Source: Acidimicrobiia bacterium | Lineage (GTDB): Bacteria > Actinomycetota > Acidimicrobiia > Spongiisociales > UBA5794 | Direction of reading: 5' to 3' | DNA length: 64,000 nucleotides | Assembly (NCBI GenBank): GCA_029939995.1 | Contig: JAOZRW010000001.1 | Span: forward strand, 25,656-89,655 | In this document: one piece after another, positions 40,061 to 50,230 of the stretch | How the letters are laid out: each line of letters opens with the position of its first letter | How positions within the stretch are numbered: position 1 is the stretch's first letter | The notes under the pieces: generated by a model | Told to the model about the DNA's origin: nothing | What the model saw: the letters and a program-made list of their open reading frames with translations, nothing else | Database searches by the model: none | Translations under genes and position numbers: made by a program

Positions 40061-41079
40061 CGGTGACGACGCGGCCCCATCGACTCGGCTTCCTCGGAGA
40101 GCTTCTCGACGACGCGTCGGTCGAGGAAGTCATCGTGATCGGAGGGCATCGCACGTTCGTCGTTCGCGACGGCATCAAGGAGCTCGTGCCGATGGTCGCG
40201 GACACTGCGACGCTCCGGCGTTTCGCCGATCAGCTCCTGGCTGGGACCGGTCGAAGGCTCGATCTGGCTTCACCGATCGTCTCGGCGCAACTCCCCGACG
40301 GGTCCCGGGTTCACATCACCGGCCCGCCCGTGACGCACCCGGATCGGCTCAACATCCAGATCAGGAAGTTCGTCGTGACCGCCACGGGTCTCGACGAGAT
40401 CGTCGACCGGGGAACCTTGTCGGCGCCCGCCGCCGATCTGCTGCGCGTTGCGATGCAACGCGATCTCTCCGTACTGGTTGCCGGCGCCCCCGGGGCGGGC
40501 AAGACCACGCTCGTCAACTGTCTGCTGCGTGAGGTGCCGCCGGACCGGCGTGTCGTGACATGCGAGGAAGTGTTCGAGATCGATGCCGACCTGCCGGACA
40601 TGACGCAGATGCAGACACGCGACGCCGGTCTCGACGGTGGCGCCGAGATCACGCTTCGCGATCTCGTCCGGGAGGCGCTGCGCCAGCGACCCGACCGGAT
40701 CGTCGTCGGTGAAGTGCGCGGCCCCGAAGCGCTCGACATGCTCATGGCGTTGAACGCCGGCTGTTCGGGGATCGCGACGCTGCATGCCAACTCGGCGCGC
40801 GATGCGCTGGAGAAGCTCGTCTCGTACAGCGTGCTTGCCGGTCAGAACGTCGCGATTCCGTTCGTCCGCCGCACCGTCGCGTCGGTCGTCGACCTCGTCG
40901 TGTTCCTCCGTCGAACCGGCAGATCCCGCGTCGTCGAGGAGATCGCGTTCGTCCCCGAGCAGATCTCGGGAGAGGTGTTCACCCTTCAACCGATCTTCGA
41001 ATCCGGCCCCACCGGTCTCCACTGGACCGGGAGCGTTCCCGACGATCCGCGTTTCGAGTCGACGGAGTGGCGTCCATGA
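40057..41079 (+). CDS. tadA: CpaF/TadA secretion ATPase
   Basis: Walker A VAGAPGAGKTTLVNCLL, Asp box, Walker B RPDRIVVGEVRG and His box ATLHANSA. GTGA overlap with the upstream gene. Confidence 0.92.
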   Translation: MTVTTRPHRLGFLGELLDDASVEEVIVIGGHRTFVVRDGIKELVPMVADTATLRRFADQLLAGTGRRLDLASPIVSAQLPDGSRVHITGPPVTHPDRLNIQIRKFVVTATGLDEIVDRGTLSAPAADLLRVAMQRDLSVLVAGAPGAGKTTLVNCLLREVPPDRRVVTCEEVFEIDADLPDMTQMQTRDAGLDGGAEITLRDLVREALRQRPDRIVVGEVRGPEALDMLMALNAGCSGIATLHANSARDALEKLVSYSVLAGQNVAIPFVRRTVASVVDLVVFLRRTGRSRVVEEIAFVPEQISGEVFTLQPIFESGPTGLHWTGSVPDDPRFESTEWRP

Positions 41080-41882
41080 GGGGACTCGCCGCCGTGCTCG
41101 CCGGAGCGGCCGCGTGGATCGCCGTCTCCGGATGGGCTCCCCCGGTGAGGCTCCCGAGATACGACCTTCCGTCACCGTGGGTGGCGCCCGCGGCGGTCGT
41201 CGCCGGGGCCGCGGCGGGCCTCGTTGCGCTCGGATTCCTGGCCGTCCCGTTCGCCGCTCTGGCGATCGCCCTGTTCGCCGCGGCCGTCCCCGTGACGATC
41301 GACGCCGGCCGCCGCAGACACGAGCGCGAGTCGATCGCCGACGCGTGGCCCGACTTCATCGCCCTCATGAAGGGACGCATCGCGGCAGGTGCGACGCTCC
41401 CCGACTCGTTCGTCGCCGCCGCACGGCGCGCTCCGGAGCCGCTCGCCGGGGCGTGCCGGCCCGTCGAGGAGGCGATCACCTTCGGCGATGGCTTCGTCCG
41501 CGCGCTCGACCGTCTCCGTGACACGCTCGACGACCCGACCAGCGACCGGGTTCTGACGACGCTCTCCTACGCCCACCGATCGGGCGGGCATCACGTCGGT
41601 GCGGTGATCGGATCGCTCGGCGCTTCGATCTCGGACGAGCTCCGGTTGAGAAGGGCGCACACGGCGGCGCTCACCGAGCAACGGATGACGGCCGTCGTCG
41701 CGTTGACCGCGCCGTGGGCGCTCCTGGCCCTCACGATCTCTACGAACCCGCAGGCTGCCGCGGCGTATCGAACGAGAACGGGGTCGATCGTGATCGGCAT
41801 CGGGTTCCTCTCGACCAGCCTCGGGTTCGTCGCGGCGAGACGCTCGGCTCGCCTCTCTCACGCTCCGAGGGTGTTGCGATGA
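41076..41882 (+). CDS. tadB: TadB-like T2SSF-domain membrane protein
   Basis: ATGA overlap with tadA. TM-helical-TM layout with WPDFIALMKGRIAAGATL is typical of T2SSF. Confidence 0.8.
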   Translation: MRGLAAVLAGAAAWIAVSGWAPPVRLPRYDLPSPWVAPAAVVAGAAAGLVALGFLAVPFAALAIALFAAAVPVTIDAGRRRHERESIADAWPDFIALMKGRIAAGATLPDSFVAAARRAPEPLAGACRPVEEAITFGDGFVRALDRLRDTLDDPTSDRVLTTLSYAHRSGGHHVGAVIGSLGASISDELRLRRAHTAALTEQRMTAVVALTAPWALLALTISTNPQAAAAYRTRTGSIVIGIGFLSTSLGFVAARRSARLSHAPRVLR

Positions 41883-42700
41883 GTCTCCTCGCAGCGCTCC
41901 TGATGGCGACAAGCATCGTCCTCGTCGTCGGGGCGCACCGGTCCCGCCCGCTGTCCGAACGAGTCGCCCGCTATCTCCGCCCGGAGCCCCCATCCACGGC
42001 ACCGGACGGCTCGGCCCCCCACCGACTCCCGTTCGCCGATGCCGGGCTCCATTGGTCGAGAAGTGAGATGCTCGTGCGGAGGGTCGCAGCGGCCGCCGCC
42101 GGCGGTATCGGAGGTGCGCTCATCGCCCAGGGGGACCTCTTCGTGCAAGGACCGGGCCGGTCGCTTCCGTCGCTCGTAGCGCTCGGTTCGATCGCCGGCT
42201 GGCTCGTGTTCGGCGTGTGGATCTCGACGAGACGGGATCGGCGGTCTCGAAGTCTTCGATTCGAACTCCCGATCGTCACCGATGCGTTGTCGCTCCGTGT
42301 CATCGCCGGAGAGTCGGTCGCGACGGCCATCCAGAGCTACGTCGACGAATCGAGCGGTGTGGCCGCGGAGGAACTCGGTGCCGCCCTGGCGGATGTCTCC
42401 GCCGGGCGTGGGATCGCTGAGGCACTGCAGCGGAACGTCCACAGGACCGCCGATCCGGAGGCGGCACGACTCTATACGCTCCTCGCTCACGCCCACGACA
42501 CCGGTGGTCGCCTCGCCGACGCACTCGGTGATCTCGGCACCGACTACCGGGCCGCTCTTGCCAGGGACCTCACGGCAGAGGGTGGGAGGAGAGCCCTCAC
42601 GACCTACGGACCGGTCCTCGCTCTGATGGTTCCGGTCACGCTGCTCTTTCTGTTGTATCCGACCCTCGCCGGTCTCCGCAGCCTGGCGGGGGGTCCGTAA
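41879..42700 (+). CDS. tadC: TadC-like T2SSF-domain membrane protein
   Basis: ATGA overlap with tadB. ELPIVTDALSLRVIAGESVATAI and C-terminal TM helices. Confidence 0.8.
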   Translation: MSLLAALLMATSIVLVVGAHRSRPLSERVARYLRPEPPSTAPDGSAPHRLPFADAGLHWSRSEMLVRRVAAAAAGGIGGALIAQGDLFVQGPGRSLPSLVALGSIAGWLVFGVWISTRRDRRSRSLRFELPIVTDALSLRVIAGESVATAIQSYVDESSGVAAEELGAALADVSAGRGIAEALQRNVHRTADPEAARLYTLLAHAHDTGGRLADALGDLGTDYRAALARDLTAEGGRRALTTYGPVLALMVPVTLLFLLYPTLAGLRSLAGGP

Positions 42701-42718
42701 GAGAGAGAGGGGGTGAAC

Positions 42719-42874
42719 ATGTGGAACGAAGAACGAGGCGCGGCCACCGTCGAGTGGCTGGGTCTGGCAACGATCGCGGTGCTGGTCATCGCGATGCTGC
42801 TGCCCCAGGTTCGAAGCGCCGCCGCCGACGTATGGGCGAGCGTTGCGGCGCAGATGACGGGATTCTTCTCGTAG
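42719..42874 (+). CDS. flp: Flp family type IVb pilin precursor (51 aa)
   Basis: Below the ORF-track size cut-off. MWNEERG/AATVEWLGLATIAVLVIAMLL has the Flp G/xxxxE(Y/W) processing motif plus a hydrophobic helix. GGGGG RBS. Confidence 0.75.
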   Translation: MWNEERGAATVEWLGLATIAVLVIAMLLPQVRSAAADVWASVAAQMTGFFS

Positions 42875-43230
42875 AGCGAGGATCGGTGATCATCGAGTCG
42901 CTCGTCGCTACGGCGGTCGTCTTCCTCCTCATCGTCATCATCACGCAGGTCGCGTTCGTCGTCGTGGCTCAGAGCACGGCGCGAACGGCGGTGTCGGCCG
43001 CTGCGCGGCGTGCCGGGAGGCCGGGGAGCGCGTCCGCCGTCGAACAGCAGCGCCTGGCCGAGGAGTTGGGCAGCGTCGTCCCCGGGGCATCGGACATCGT
43101 CGCCACGGTCGAGTACGACGAGGCGGGTGTGGCCGCGAGCGCCGTCATCCGCTGGGTGCCGCCCGGGCCCGATCTCATCCCGATCACCTTGCGGGTGACC
43201 GCCCACGCTCCCCTGGTGGTTCCACCGTGA
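42832..43230 (+). CDS. TadE-like pseudopilin
   Basis: LLVERG/SVIIESLVATAVVFLLIVI has the TadE N-terminal motif. ATG 42832 is the only canonical start that keeps the ERG leader, and it overlaps flp by 43 nt. An alternative GTG at 42886 would delete the leader. Confidence 0.62.
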   Translation: MGERCGADDGILLVERGSVIIESLVATAVVFLLIVIITQVAFVVVAQSTARTAVSAAARRAGRPGSASAVEQQRLAEELGSVVPGASDIVATVEYDEAGVAASAVIRWVPPGPDLIPITLRVTAHAPLVVPP

Positions 43231-43586
43231 GCGGCGAGCGGGGTGCCGCCCTCATCGGCACGCTCGTGATCGGGTTCGCCGTCGTCCTCGTCGTCGGACA
43301 GTCCCTGCTCGCTCTCGGAAGACTCGGTGCAGCGTCCGCGGAGGCCGCCGAAGTCGCCGCGTATGCAGCGCAGCAGGGCGCGCGGTATGGAGGGTCCAAC
43401 GAGGCCGCCGCCGTCGCCCGCCGGCTCCTCCCCGAAGCCGAAGTCGAGGTGCACGACGATGGAGTCACGCTCACCGTCCGGGTGCGCCTCACCGTTTCGC
43501 TGATCGGTCCCGGAAGCGCACCGTTGACCCGCACGGTGACGGGGCGAGCCGTATCGGCCATCAGCCCGTACCGGAGCCGGCCGTGA
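43227..43586 (+). CDS. TadE/TadF-like pseudopilin
   Basis: MSGERG/AALIGTLVIGFAVVLVV. GTGA overlap with the upstream gene. Confidence 0.6.
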   Translation: MSGERGAALIGTLVIGFAVVLVVGQSLLALGRLGAASAEAAEVAAYAAQQGARYGGSNEAAAVARRLLPEAEVEVHDDGVTLTVRVRLTVSLIGPGSAPLTRTVTGRAVSAISPYRSRP

Positions 43587-43981
43587 ACGACCGCGGTTCG
43601 ATGCTCCCGTACCTCGGTGCGCTGATCTTCGTGGGACTCGCCGTTCTCGGTCTCGCCCTCGACGTCACGCTCCTCGCCGCCGTCTACCGGGAAGCCTCCT
43701 ACGCGGCGGATGTGGGCGCCGAAGCGGGAGCGGCCCGGTTGGATGCAGCGAGCGCATATGGGGGTGTGACGCGGCTCGACCGGCGTTCGGCCATCCACGC
43801 GGCACGATCGGCGGCCGAGGCGGCACGGCCGCGTGAGAACCGGACGGCAACCGCGTCGGTCGACGGAACGACCGTGTGCGTCGTCGTCACGGACTCCTAC
43901 CAGCCGAAGATCCTCGGCGGAATCGGTGTCGGGGCCCGCACGGTCTCCGTTCGCGCGTGCGCCGCACCGGGAAAGGGCTGA
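43583..43981 (+). CDS. TadG-like pilus assembly protein
   Basis: MNDRGSMLPYLGALIFVGLAVLGLALD is a Tad-like N-terminus. GTGA overlap. Confidence 0.6.
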   Translation: MNDRGSMLPYLGALIFVGLAVLGLALDVTLLAAVYREASYAADVGAEAGAARLDAASAYGGVTRLDRRSAIHAARSAAEAARPRENRTATASVDGTTVCVVVTDSYQPKILGGIGVGARTVSVRACAAPGKG

Positions 43982-43984
43982 CGG

Positions 43985-45034
43985 TCAGGAGACGGCGGGC
44001 AGGTCGGACGGCTTCCCGTACTTCCGACGGAACAGCACGTACGCCACCATGCCCGCGGGGATCGGGAGCCAGAACTGGAAGAGCCGGTAGGCGAGCGTGG
44101 CGAGGAGGGCGTCGCCTGCGGGGATACCGGCGATCGTCAGCATGCCGACGAGACCCGCCTCGACGAACCCGAGACCGCCCGGTGTGATCGGGATCATGCC
44201 GAGGACGGCGGCGCCGGCGAACGCCAGCAAGATGAGGCTCGGCCTCGGCTGTGCCCCGACGGCGATGAGCGCCACGACGAGCGTCGCATAGTCGAGGAGC
44301 CAGTTGGCGACGGCGACGGCCAACGCCTTGTGCCACCGCTCCCCGAGCGACGAGACGACTTCGTTCCGTCGATCGATGAGTTCCTGTGCGGGGAACGACC
44401 ATTGGCGCTTGAAGAGTTTCGCCACCCAGCCGACCACATGTTCGACGATCCAGCCGACCCATTCGAGCGGCCGGTCGAACCGAACGACGACGACCGCTCC
44501 GGCGAACATGACGACGAAGAGGATCGTCCCGGCGATCGCGACGGGGAGCATCCCGTCGGGTATCGGAGCGGAGGCGATGGCGATCACGACGGCGACGGTT
44601 GGGAGTGCGAGGAGCACGAGATTCGAGAGCACGCCCACGGCGGCCAGGGCGGCGAACGCCGTTCCCATCGGGACCCCGGAGACGGCCAGCATGCGGAAGT
44701 AGAACGCCCCGCCTGCGACGACGCCCCCGGGGATCAGCTTCACGGCCGCGTTCGACGTGAGCTGCGACGTCGCGGCGACGAACCATGAGACACCGGGAGC
44801 GGCGATCCGGGTGAGCGCCCACTGTGACACGAACGCGCCGGTCATCAACAGCGCCATCAGGGCGAACCAACGCCACTTCAGATGTCCCAGTTGCGGAGCG
44901 CTCTCCGCGAGGCTCAGCAGCGTCGGAAGGAAGAAGTAGATCGACACCATGCCGAGGAGAAGCAGAGATCCACGCAGCGCCAGCCTCCCCCACGGGATGC
45001 CGGCCCCCTTCTGTTGTTCTGGCTGCTCAGGCAT
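43985..45034 (-). CDS. LPG_synthase_TM / flippase-like (UPF0104) membrane protein
   Basis: 349 aa polytopic protein. The C-terminal motif ITPGGLGFVEAGLVGML is typical of this family. Confidence 0.8.
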   Translation of the reverse strand: MPEQPEQQKGAGIPWGRLALRGSLLLLGMVSIYFFLPTLLSLAESAPQLGHLKWRWFALMALLMTGAFVSQWALTRIAAPGVSWFVAATSQLTSNAAVKLIPGGVVAGGAFYFRMLAVSGVPMGTAFAALAAVGVLSNLVLLALPTVAVVIAIASAPIPDGMLPVAIAGTILFVVMFAGAVVVVRFDRPLEWVGWIVEHVVGWVAKLFKRQWSFPAQELIDRRNEVVSSLGERWHKALAVAVANWLLDYATLVVALIAVGAQPRPSLILLAFAGAAVLGMIPITPGGLGFVEAGLVGMLTIAGIPAGDALLATLAYRLFQFWLPIPAGMVAYVLFRRKYGKPSDLPAVS

Positions 45035-45135
45035 GAGATGACCCCCCGACGACGGCCAAATCTAGCGGCGGAACCGGAACATCTACCGCTCCTCCGGGCA
45101 GAGTCCCGCCGCCTCCGGTCTCAACCGGCGGGATC

Positions 45136-46326
45136 TCAGGTCATGATCCCGAGGTCGCGGCCCACCGCGGCGAAGGCTTCGGCGCCTCGCACGAGGTCCT
45201 CGTCCGAGTGCGCCGCGGAGATCATGACACGGATCCGGGCCCGGCCGCGCGCGACGGTCGGGAACGCGATCGCCTGGGCGAACACGGCGTGATCGTCGAG
45301 CAGCCTGCGGGAGAACTCGCGAGCGACGTGCTCGTCCCCCAGCATGACCGGCGTGATCGGAGTCTCACTCGATCCGATGTCGAACCCCGCGTCGGTCATC
45401 ATCGCCTTGAACGTCGCTGCGTTCGCCCAGAGACGGTCCACGAGCTCCGTCGACGCGTCCAGGATCTCGACCGACGCGATGCACGCGGCAACGTCCGGTG
45501 GCGTCACCGCCGACGAGAACAGGAACGGACGCCCCCGCTGCCGCAGCCACTCGATCAGTTCCGTCGATCCGGCGACGTATCCTCCGACGGCGCCGAATGC
45601 TTTCGACATCGTGCCGACTTCGACGTCGACACGCCCGTGCAGGTCGAAGTGGTCGACGATCCCCCTTCCTCCGCGTCCGACGACGCCTTCGCCGTGGGCG
45701 TCATCGACCATCACCATCGCACCGAAGTCGTCGGCGGCGTCGACGATCCGGTCGAGCGGGGCGAGGTCGCCGTCCATCGAGAACACACCGTCGGTGATCA
45801 CGAGGATCTGATTCGCCCCTTCCGAACGGGCCTCGGAGAGACGTTCCCTCAGCGCGTCCACGTCGTTGTGCGCGTAGATCTTCCTGCCCGCCTTCGCGAG
45901 GCGGACACCGTCGACGATCGACGCGTGGTTCAACTCGTCCGAGATGATCACGTCGCCTGCGCCGACGAGCGCCGGGATGACGGCCAGGTTGGCGGTGAAA
46001 CCCGACTGGAAGCTGATCGTCGCTTCGACCCCCTTGAACCGGGCGAGCGCCTCTTCGAGTTGCGTGTGGATCGTCATCGTCCCGGCGATGGTCCGCACGG
46101 CTCCCGGCCCCACGCCGTACCGGTCGAGGGCGTCCTTGGCTGCGTCGATCAGCCGCGGGTCGTTTGCGAGACCCAGGTAGTTGTTCGAGCAGAAGTTCAG
46201 GACCTCGCGCCCGCCGACCGTGAGGTGCGCTCCCTGCGGGCTCTCGATGGTCGAGATCGTGTTGTAGAGACCTTGATCCTTGAGCGATTGCAGTTCGTCT
46301 CGGATGAATGCGGTCTTGTCGGTCAT
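45136..46326 (-). CDS. kbl: glycine C-acetyltransferase (2-amino-3-ketobutyrate CoA ligase)
   Basis: [19 protein letters not shown] and the PLP Lys in GTMSKAFG are present. Confidence 0.93.
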   Translation of the reverse strand: MTDKTAFIRDELQSLKDQGLYNTISTIESPQGAHLTVGGREVLNFCSNNYLGLANDPRLIDAAKDALDRYGVGPGAVRTIAGTMTIHTQLEEALARFKGVEATISFQSGFTANLAVIPALVGAGDVIISDELNHASIVDGVRLAKAGRKIYAHNDVDALRERLSEARSEGANQILVITDGVFSMDGDLAPLDRIVDAADDFGAMVMVDDAHGEGVVGRGGRGIVDHFDLHGRVDVEVGTMSKAFGAVGGYVAGSTELIEWLRQRGRPFLFSSAVTPPDVAACIASVEILDASTELVDRLWANAATFKAMMTDAGFDIGSSETPITPVMLGDEHVAREFSRRLLDDHAVFAQAIAFPTVARGRARIRVMISAAHSDEDLVRGAEAFAAVGRDLGIMT

Positions 46327-46336
46327 CGTGCCTCCC

Positions 46337-47395
46337 TCAGCTCAACGGTCCATCGGCATGGGCGGGATCGGGGAACATCACGACTTTGCCGCACTCCCCC
46401 GACTGCATGAGTTTGAACGCCTTCTCGTAGTCGGCGAGGGCGAACCGGTGCGTGATGACGGGTTCCAGATCGACCGCGCCGGAACGGATCAGCCCCCGCA
46501 TCTCGTACCAGGTCTGCCAGAGACGGCGCCCGACGATCCCGTATACGGTGGCTCCCTTGAAGATGATGTTGTCGTCGATGTCGAACGGGAACTTCTGTGC
46601 GGTGAGTCCGAGCAGCGCCGCCTCGCCTCCCGGCTTCAGGGCGGCGAATCCGGCCTCCAGGGCGGACGGCGCCCCGGACATCTCGAGCAGCACGTCGACG
46701 CCCTCGCCGCTCGTGGCCTCGGCGACGCCGGCGGCGATGTCCTCGCGAAGCGGGTTGAACACGGCGTCGGCGCCCATCTTCTCCGCGAGTCCGAGCCGGT
46801 AGTCGGAGATGTCTGTGGCATAAACGGCTCGCGCGCCGAGCGCCTTCGCCACCGCGATCGCCATGACGCCCACCGGGCCGGTGCCCGTGACGAGGACCTT
46901 GCGGCCGGCCACGCTCGGTGTCGTCGCCGTGTGGACCGAGTTCCCGAAGTTCTCCTGGAGCGAAGCGACCGACAGGGCCATGTCCGGCGGGTCCGGCCAG
47001 GCGTTCTGGGCGGGCACGACCACGTAGTCGGCGTAGGCGCCGTCCCGGTGGACTCCGAGGATCTGCGTGTTCGGGCAGAGATGCCCCTGACCGGTGCGGC
47101 ACCAGGCGCACGTGTTGCAGACGACGTGCGACTCGGCGGAGACGAGTTGCCCGATCGCGGGTTCTTTGACGTTCGCTCCGCGGTCGACGACGACACCGGT
47201 CAGTTCGTGGCCGACGGTGATCGGCGGCGAGACATGGTCTGCGGCCCACTGGTTCCACTCGTAGATGTGGACGTCGGTGCCACAGATCGAGGTCGCCCGA
47301 ACTTCGATCAGCACCTCGTCGGGACCGACTTCGGGGATCGGGATGTCGACGAGTTGGAAACCGACTTCCGGGCCGAGTTTTCGTAGTGCACGCAT
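46337..47395 (-). CDS. tdh: L-threonine 3-dehydrogenase
   Basis: Start at [25 protein letters not shown] and GHELTG zinc-ADH motifs. Lies upstream of kbl. Confidence 0.93.
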   Translation of the reverse strand: MRALRKLGPEVGFQLVDIPIPEVGPDEVLIEVRATSICGTDVHIYEWNQWAADHVSPPITVGHELTGVVVDRGANVKEPAIGQLVSAESHVVCNTCAWCRTGQGHLCPNTQILGVHRDGAYADYVVVPAQNAWPDPPDMALSVASLQENFGNSVHTATTPSVAGRKVLVTGTGPVGVMAIAVAKALGARAVYATDISDYRLGLAEKMGADAVFNPLREDIAAGVAEATSGEGVDVLLEMSGAPSALEAGFAALKPGGEAALLGLTAQKFPFDIDDNIIFKGATVYGIVGRRLWQTWYEMRGLIRSGAVDLEPVITHRFALADYEKAFKLMQSGECGKVVMFPDPAHADGPLS

Positions 47396-47451
47396 AGGCC
47401 AGAGGTTATTACATCGAGACACGGCCGGATGCGGCATGTTCGAACCGGTTC

Positions 47452-47643
47452 GTGCGTTGTCCTCGTGTGCTCGATCTCCTCCTGCCTTCGACCGATGCCG
47501 GCGTCGCGTTTCAGTTCGCCGTCGTCTTCACCGTCGGCTCGGTCGCGATCGTGACGACCCGCTCGAATCGCGACCTGCGGCTGCTGGCCGTGGGGTTGAC
47601 CGTCCTGACGGTCGCGCTGATGACGCTGCGCGCGGTCCACTGA
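47452..47643 (+). CDS. possible small two-TM membrane protein
   Basis: 63 codons with very high GC3 and two hydrophobic segments. GTG start (47452 or 47467). No family recognised. Confidence 0.4.
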   Translation: MRCPRVLDLLLPSTDAGVAFQFAVVFTVGSVAIVTTRSNRDLRLLAVGLTVLTVALMTLRAVH

Positions 47644-47657
47644 TCTCGACCGGTCCG

Positions 47658-48344
47658 CTACACGGCTCCCGATTCGAGCGGCTCGGTCAGCAGAGGGGAG
47701 TCGTTGCCGACCCGGTTGACGAGCGTAGAGACCGGGTGTTCGGCCAGGTCGGGCACCGGAAGACGTTCGACGAGGTGCCTCACCTCCTCCGGATCGCTGA
47801 CCTCGGGATCGAGCCAGGCGTCCCATGTGGATCGCGGCAGTATCACCGGCATCCGGTCGTGGATGGGTGCCACGACGTCCGACGGTTCACCGGTGATGAT
47901 CGTGCACGTGCGCAGGGTCTCCCCGGAGTCCGGATCCTTCCACGACGACCAGAGGCCGGCGAGCGCGAGAGGCCGCCGGTCGGGTGCGTAGATGTAGTGC
48001 GGAAGTTTCCCCCCGGGCCTCGGCTCCCATTCGTAGAAGCCGTCGGCCGGGATGATGCACCGTCGGGTGCGGAACGAGTCGCGGAAGGCGGGTTTCTCCG
48101 CGAGGGTCTCCACGCGGGCGTTGATCATCCCGGCGCCGATCTTCCGGTCCTTCGCCCAGAACGGGACGAGTCCCCACTCGAACGTACCGAGGAGACGCTC
48201 CCCTTCATGCTCGGCCACCGCGTAGACCTGTTTCGTCGGCGCCACGTTCCACGACCGCAGCACGGCGTCGGTCTTGATGACGTCGACCGCGAAGTAGGCG
48301 CCGTAGTCCTCGGCTTCCCGGCTCTGGACGAATCTCCCGCACAT
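47658..48344 (-). CDS. SOS response-associated peptidase (SRAP/YedK, abasic-site processing)
   Basis: N-terminal MCGRF catalytic Cys2. WNVAPT, FEWGLVPFWAK and PADGFYEW motifs. Confidence 0.9.
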   Translation of the reverse strand: MCGRFVQSREAEDYGAYFAVDVIKTDAVLRSWNVAPTKQVYAVAEHEGERLLGTFEWGLVPFWAKDRKIGAGMINARVETLAEKPAFRDSFRTRRCIIPADGFYEWEPRPGGKLPHYIYAPDRRPLALAGLWSSWKDPDSGETLRTCTIITGEPSDVVAPIHDRMPVILPRSTWDAWLDPEVSDPEEVRHLVERLPVPDLAEHPVSTLVNRVGNDSPLLTEPLESGAV

Positions 48345-48471
48345 GCCCCAATCCTACGCCGTCCCAAACCCAGGGTTCTCTGCGCCCCATATGCCGTCTC
48401 GGGCCCGCGGTTCACGAACGGATCGGAAGCGATCATCCCGTATGCATTCAGGTTCGGTAGCGTCCGAGCCG

Positions 48472-49404
48472 ATGACATCTCGGATGGAACAGGCGATCCA
48501 TTTCGGCTCGGTCTCGAAGGCCTTCGGCAGCGTGCACGCCGTCGAAGCTCTCGACTTCGACGCGCCCGCCGGCGCGGTCACGGTCCTGCTCGGCCCGAAC
48601 GGGGCGGGTAAGACGACGACGGTGCGTCTCACAACCGGGGCGCTCGTCGCCGATCGGGGAGACATCGAGGTGCTCGGCCTTCACCCGAAGGTCGATGGAG
48701 ACGAGGTGCGAAGCCGGGTCGGCATCGTGCCGCCGAAGCCCGCTTTCTACGACCAGCTAACCGGATGGGAGAATCTGCGTTTCGCCGCCCGCATCTTCGG
48801 TGCCGATGAGCACGCCGCCCTCGACGCGGCTGAGCGGTTCGTGATCGCTGACGCGCTCGGCCAGGAGGTCGGCGGCTATTCGACGGGCATGCGGACCCGT
48901 CTCGCCCTCGCGAGAGCGGTGATCCACGATCCGGAAGTGCTTCTCCTCGACGAGCCGACCGCCGGCCTGGACCCGGAGTCGGCCAGGAACGTCCTCGAAC
49001 TCATCCGGGAGATGGCCGGGAGGGGCCGGACGATCGTGCTGTGCACCCACCTCCTCCATGAAGCCGAAGGCATCGCCGACCACATCGTCCTGATGAACAA
49101 GGGGCATGCGCAGGCCTCGGGAGCGCCGGCCGATCTCGCGAACCGGTATCTCGCCGATCCCGTGGTCGTCTTCGACGCTGAGGATCGGACGCGGCTCCAC
49201 GATCTCGTAGAACGCAACGGAGTGCTGTCCGTGGTCGAGAACGGCTCCGTTCACGCCACGCTCGAGGATCTCGACCGTCTCCCGGATCTCGTGGCCGAAC
49301 TCGTTCGCGACGGTGTGCGGTTGACGAGAGTCGAACCGATCGAGCCGACGCTCGAAGAGCTCTACTTCGAGATGCAGCGCACCCACAGGGAGGGCGCGGA
49401 ATGA
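48472..49404 (+). CDS. ABC transporter ATP-binding protein
   Basis: GPNGAGKTT, YSTGMRTRLALA and LLLDEPTAGLD motifs. The start is uncertain (48442, 48472 or 48484). Confidence 0.9.
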   Translation: MTSRMEQAIHFGSVSKAFGSVHAVEALDFDAPAGAVTVLLGPNGAGKTTTVRLTTGALVADRGDIEVLGLHPKVDGDEVRSRVGIVPPKPAFYDQLTGWENLRFAARIFGADEHAALDAAERFVIADALGQEVGGYSTGMRTRLALARAVIHDPEVLLLDEPTAGLDPESARNVLELIREMAGRGRTIVLCTHLLHEAEGIADHIVLMNKGHAQASGAPADLANRYLADPVVVFDAEDRTRLHDLVERNGVLSVVENGSVHATLEDLDRLPDLVAELVRDGVRLTRVEPIEPTLEELYFEMQRTHREGAE

Positions 49405-50225
49405 ACTGGAACCACGTCCGCATCGTCGCCGGAACCGATCTCCGTCGGCTGTTCAAGAGCAAGGACTACTGGATCCCCCTGGTCATCATGGCTGGGCTCT
49501 TCTTCGTCGTCATCCCCCTCCTCGTGCTGACGATGCTCGGCCGGCTGGAGCAGACCGGTTTCGTCGCGCAGGTAACCGACATCGTCGGAAGGCTCCCAGC
49601 GCAGGTCACTGATGTCGCCCGTGGAGACACGCCGACCGCACGCGCCGGATACATCGCCGCGGTGTTCCTCCTGGCCCCGATCGCCATCATCGTTCCGGTG
49701 ACGATCTCTGCCGCCGTCGGGTCGAACGTCATCGTGGGCGAGCGGGAACGCGGCACAGGCGAATTCCTCGCTCACAGCCCCATCACCATGAGAGAGCTCT
49801 ACGTCGGCAAGCTCCTCGCCAGTCTCGTCCCCGGCTTCCTCGCGACGATCGTCGGGTTCTCCGCGTACTCCCTCGTCGTGAACCTGACCGTGGGAGCCAG
49901 CATCGGAACGTGGTTCTTCCCCACCGCCGGATGGCTGGTGCTCATCCTCTGGGTCATCCCGCCGTTCATCGCTGCGGCACTCGCTGTGATCCTCCGGATC
50001 TCGGCCCGCGTCAGGTCGGCGGCTGCGGCCCAGCAGGCATCCAGCCTCGTCACGCTCCCCGTCATCATCCTGTCATACGGCGTGTCGGCGACCGTCGTCG
50101 TTGCTCCGGGTCGGACGGCGTTCTTCATCGGCGCTGTCGCCTGGATCGTCGCGATCGCTCTCGCGGCCCGCGGGGCCTCGAAGATGAAACGGGAGCGGCT
50201 GCTCGGCGTCGCGTCGGAGACCTGA
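49401..50225 (+). CDS. ABC-2 type transporter permease
   Basis: ATGA overlap with the ATPase gene. 274 aa with about 6 TM helices. Confidence 0.8.
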   Translation: MNWNHVRIVAGTDLRRLFKSKDYWIPLVIMAGLFFVVIPLLVLTMLGRLEQTGFVAQVTDIVGRLPAQVTDVARGDTPTARAGYIAAVFLLAPIAIIVPVTISAAVGSNVIVGERERGTGEFLAHSPITMRELYVGKLLASLVPGFLATIVGFSAYSLVVNLTVGASIGTWFFPTAGWLVLILWVIPPFIAAALAVILRISARVRSAAAAQQASSLVTLPVIILSYGVSATVVVAPGRTAFFIGAVAWIVAIALAARGASKMKRERLLGVASET

Positions 50226-50230
50226 TCGGG

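Noticed and set aside
39055-41079. 674-aa ORF spanning tadZ and tadA
   Set aside because: Only the part from GTG 40057 has CpaF/TadA motifs. The upstream 334 codons are an out-of-frame overlap of the tadZ-like gene.
48365-48416. Possible fourth, diverged copy of the 52-nt element (aacccagggttctctgcgcc..gggcccgcggttcac)
   Set aside because: Only the AACCCAGGG end and a few blocks align, roughly 55-60 percent identity by eye with indels, and the hairpins are not preserved. This is too weak to call without a profile search.
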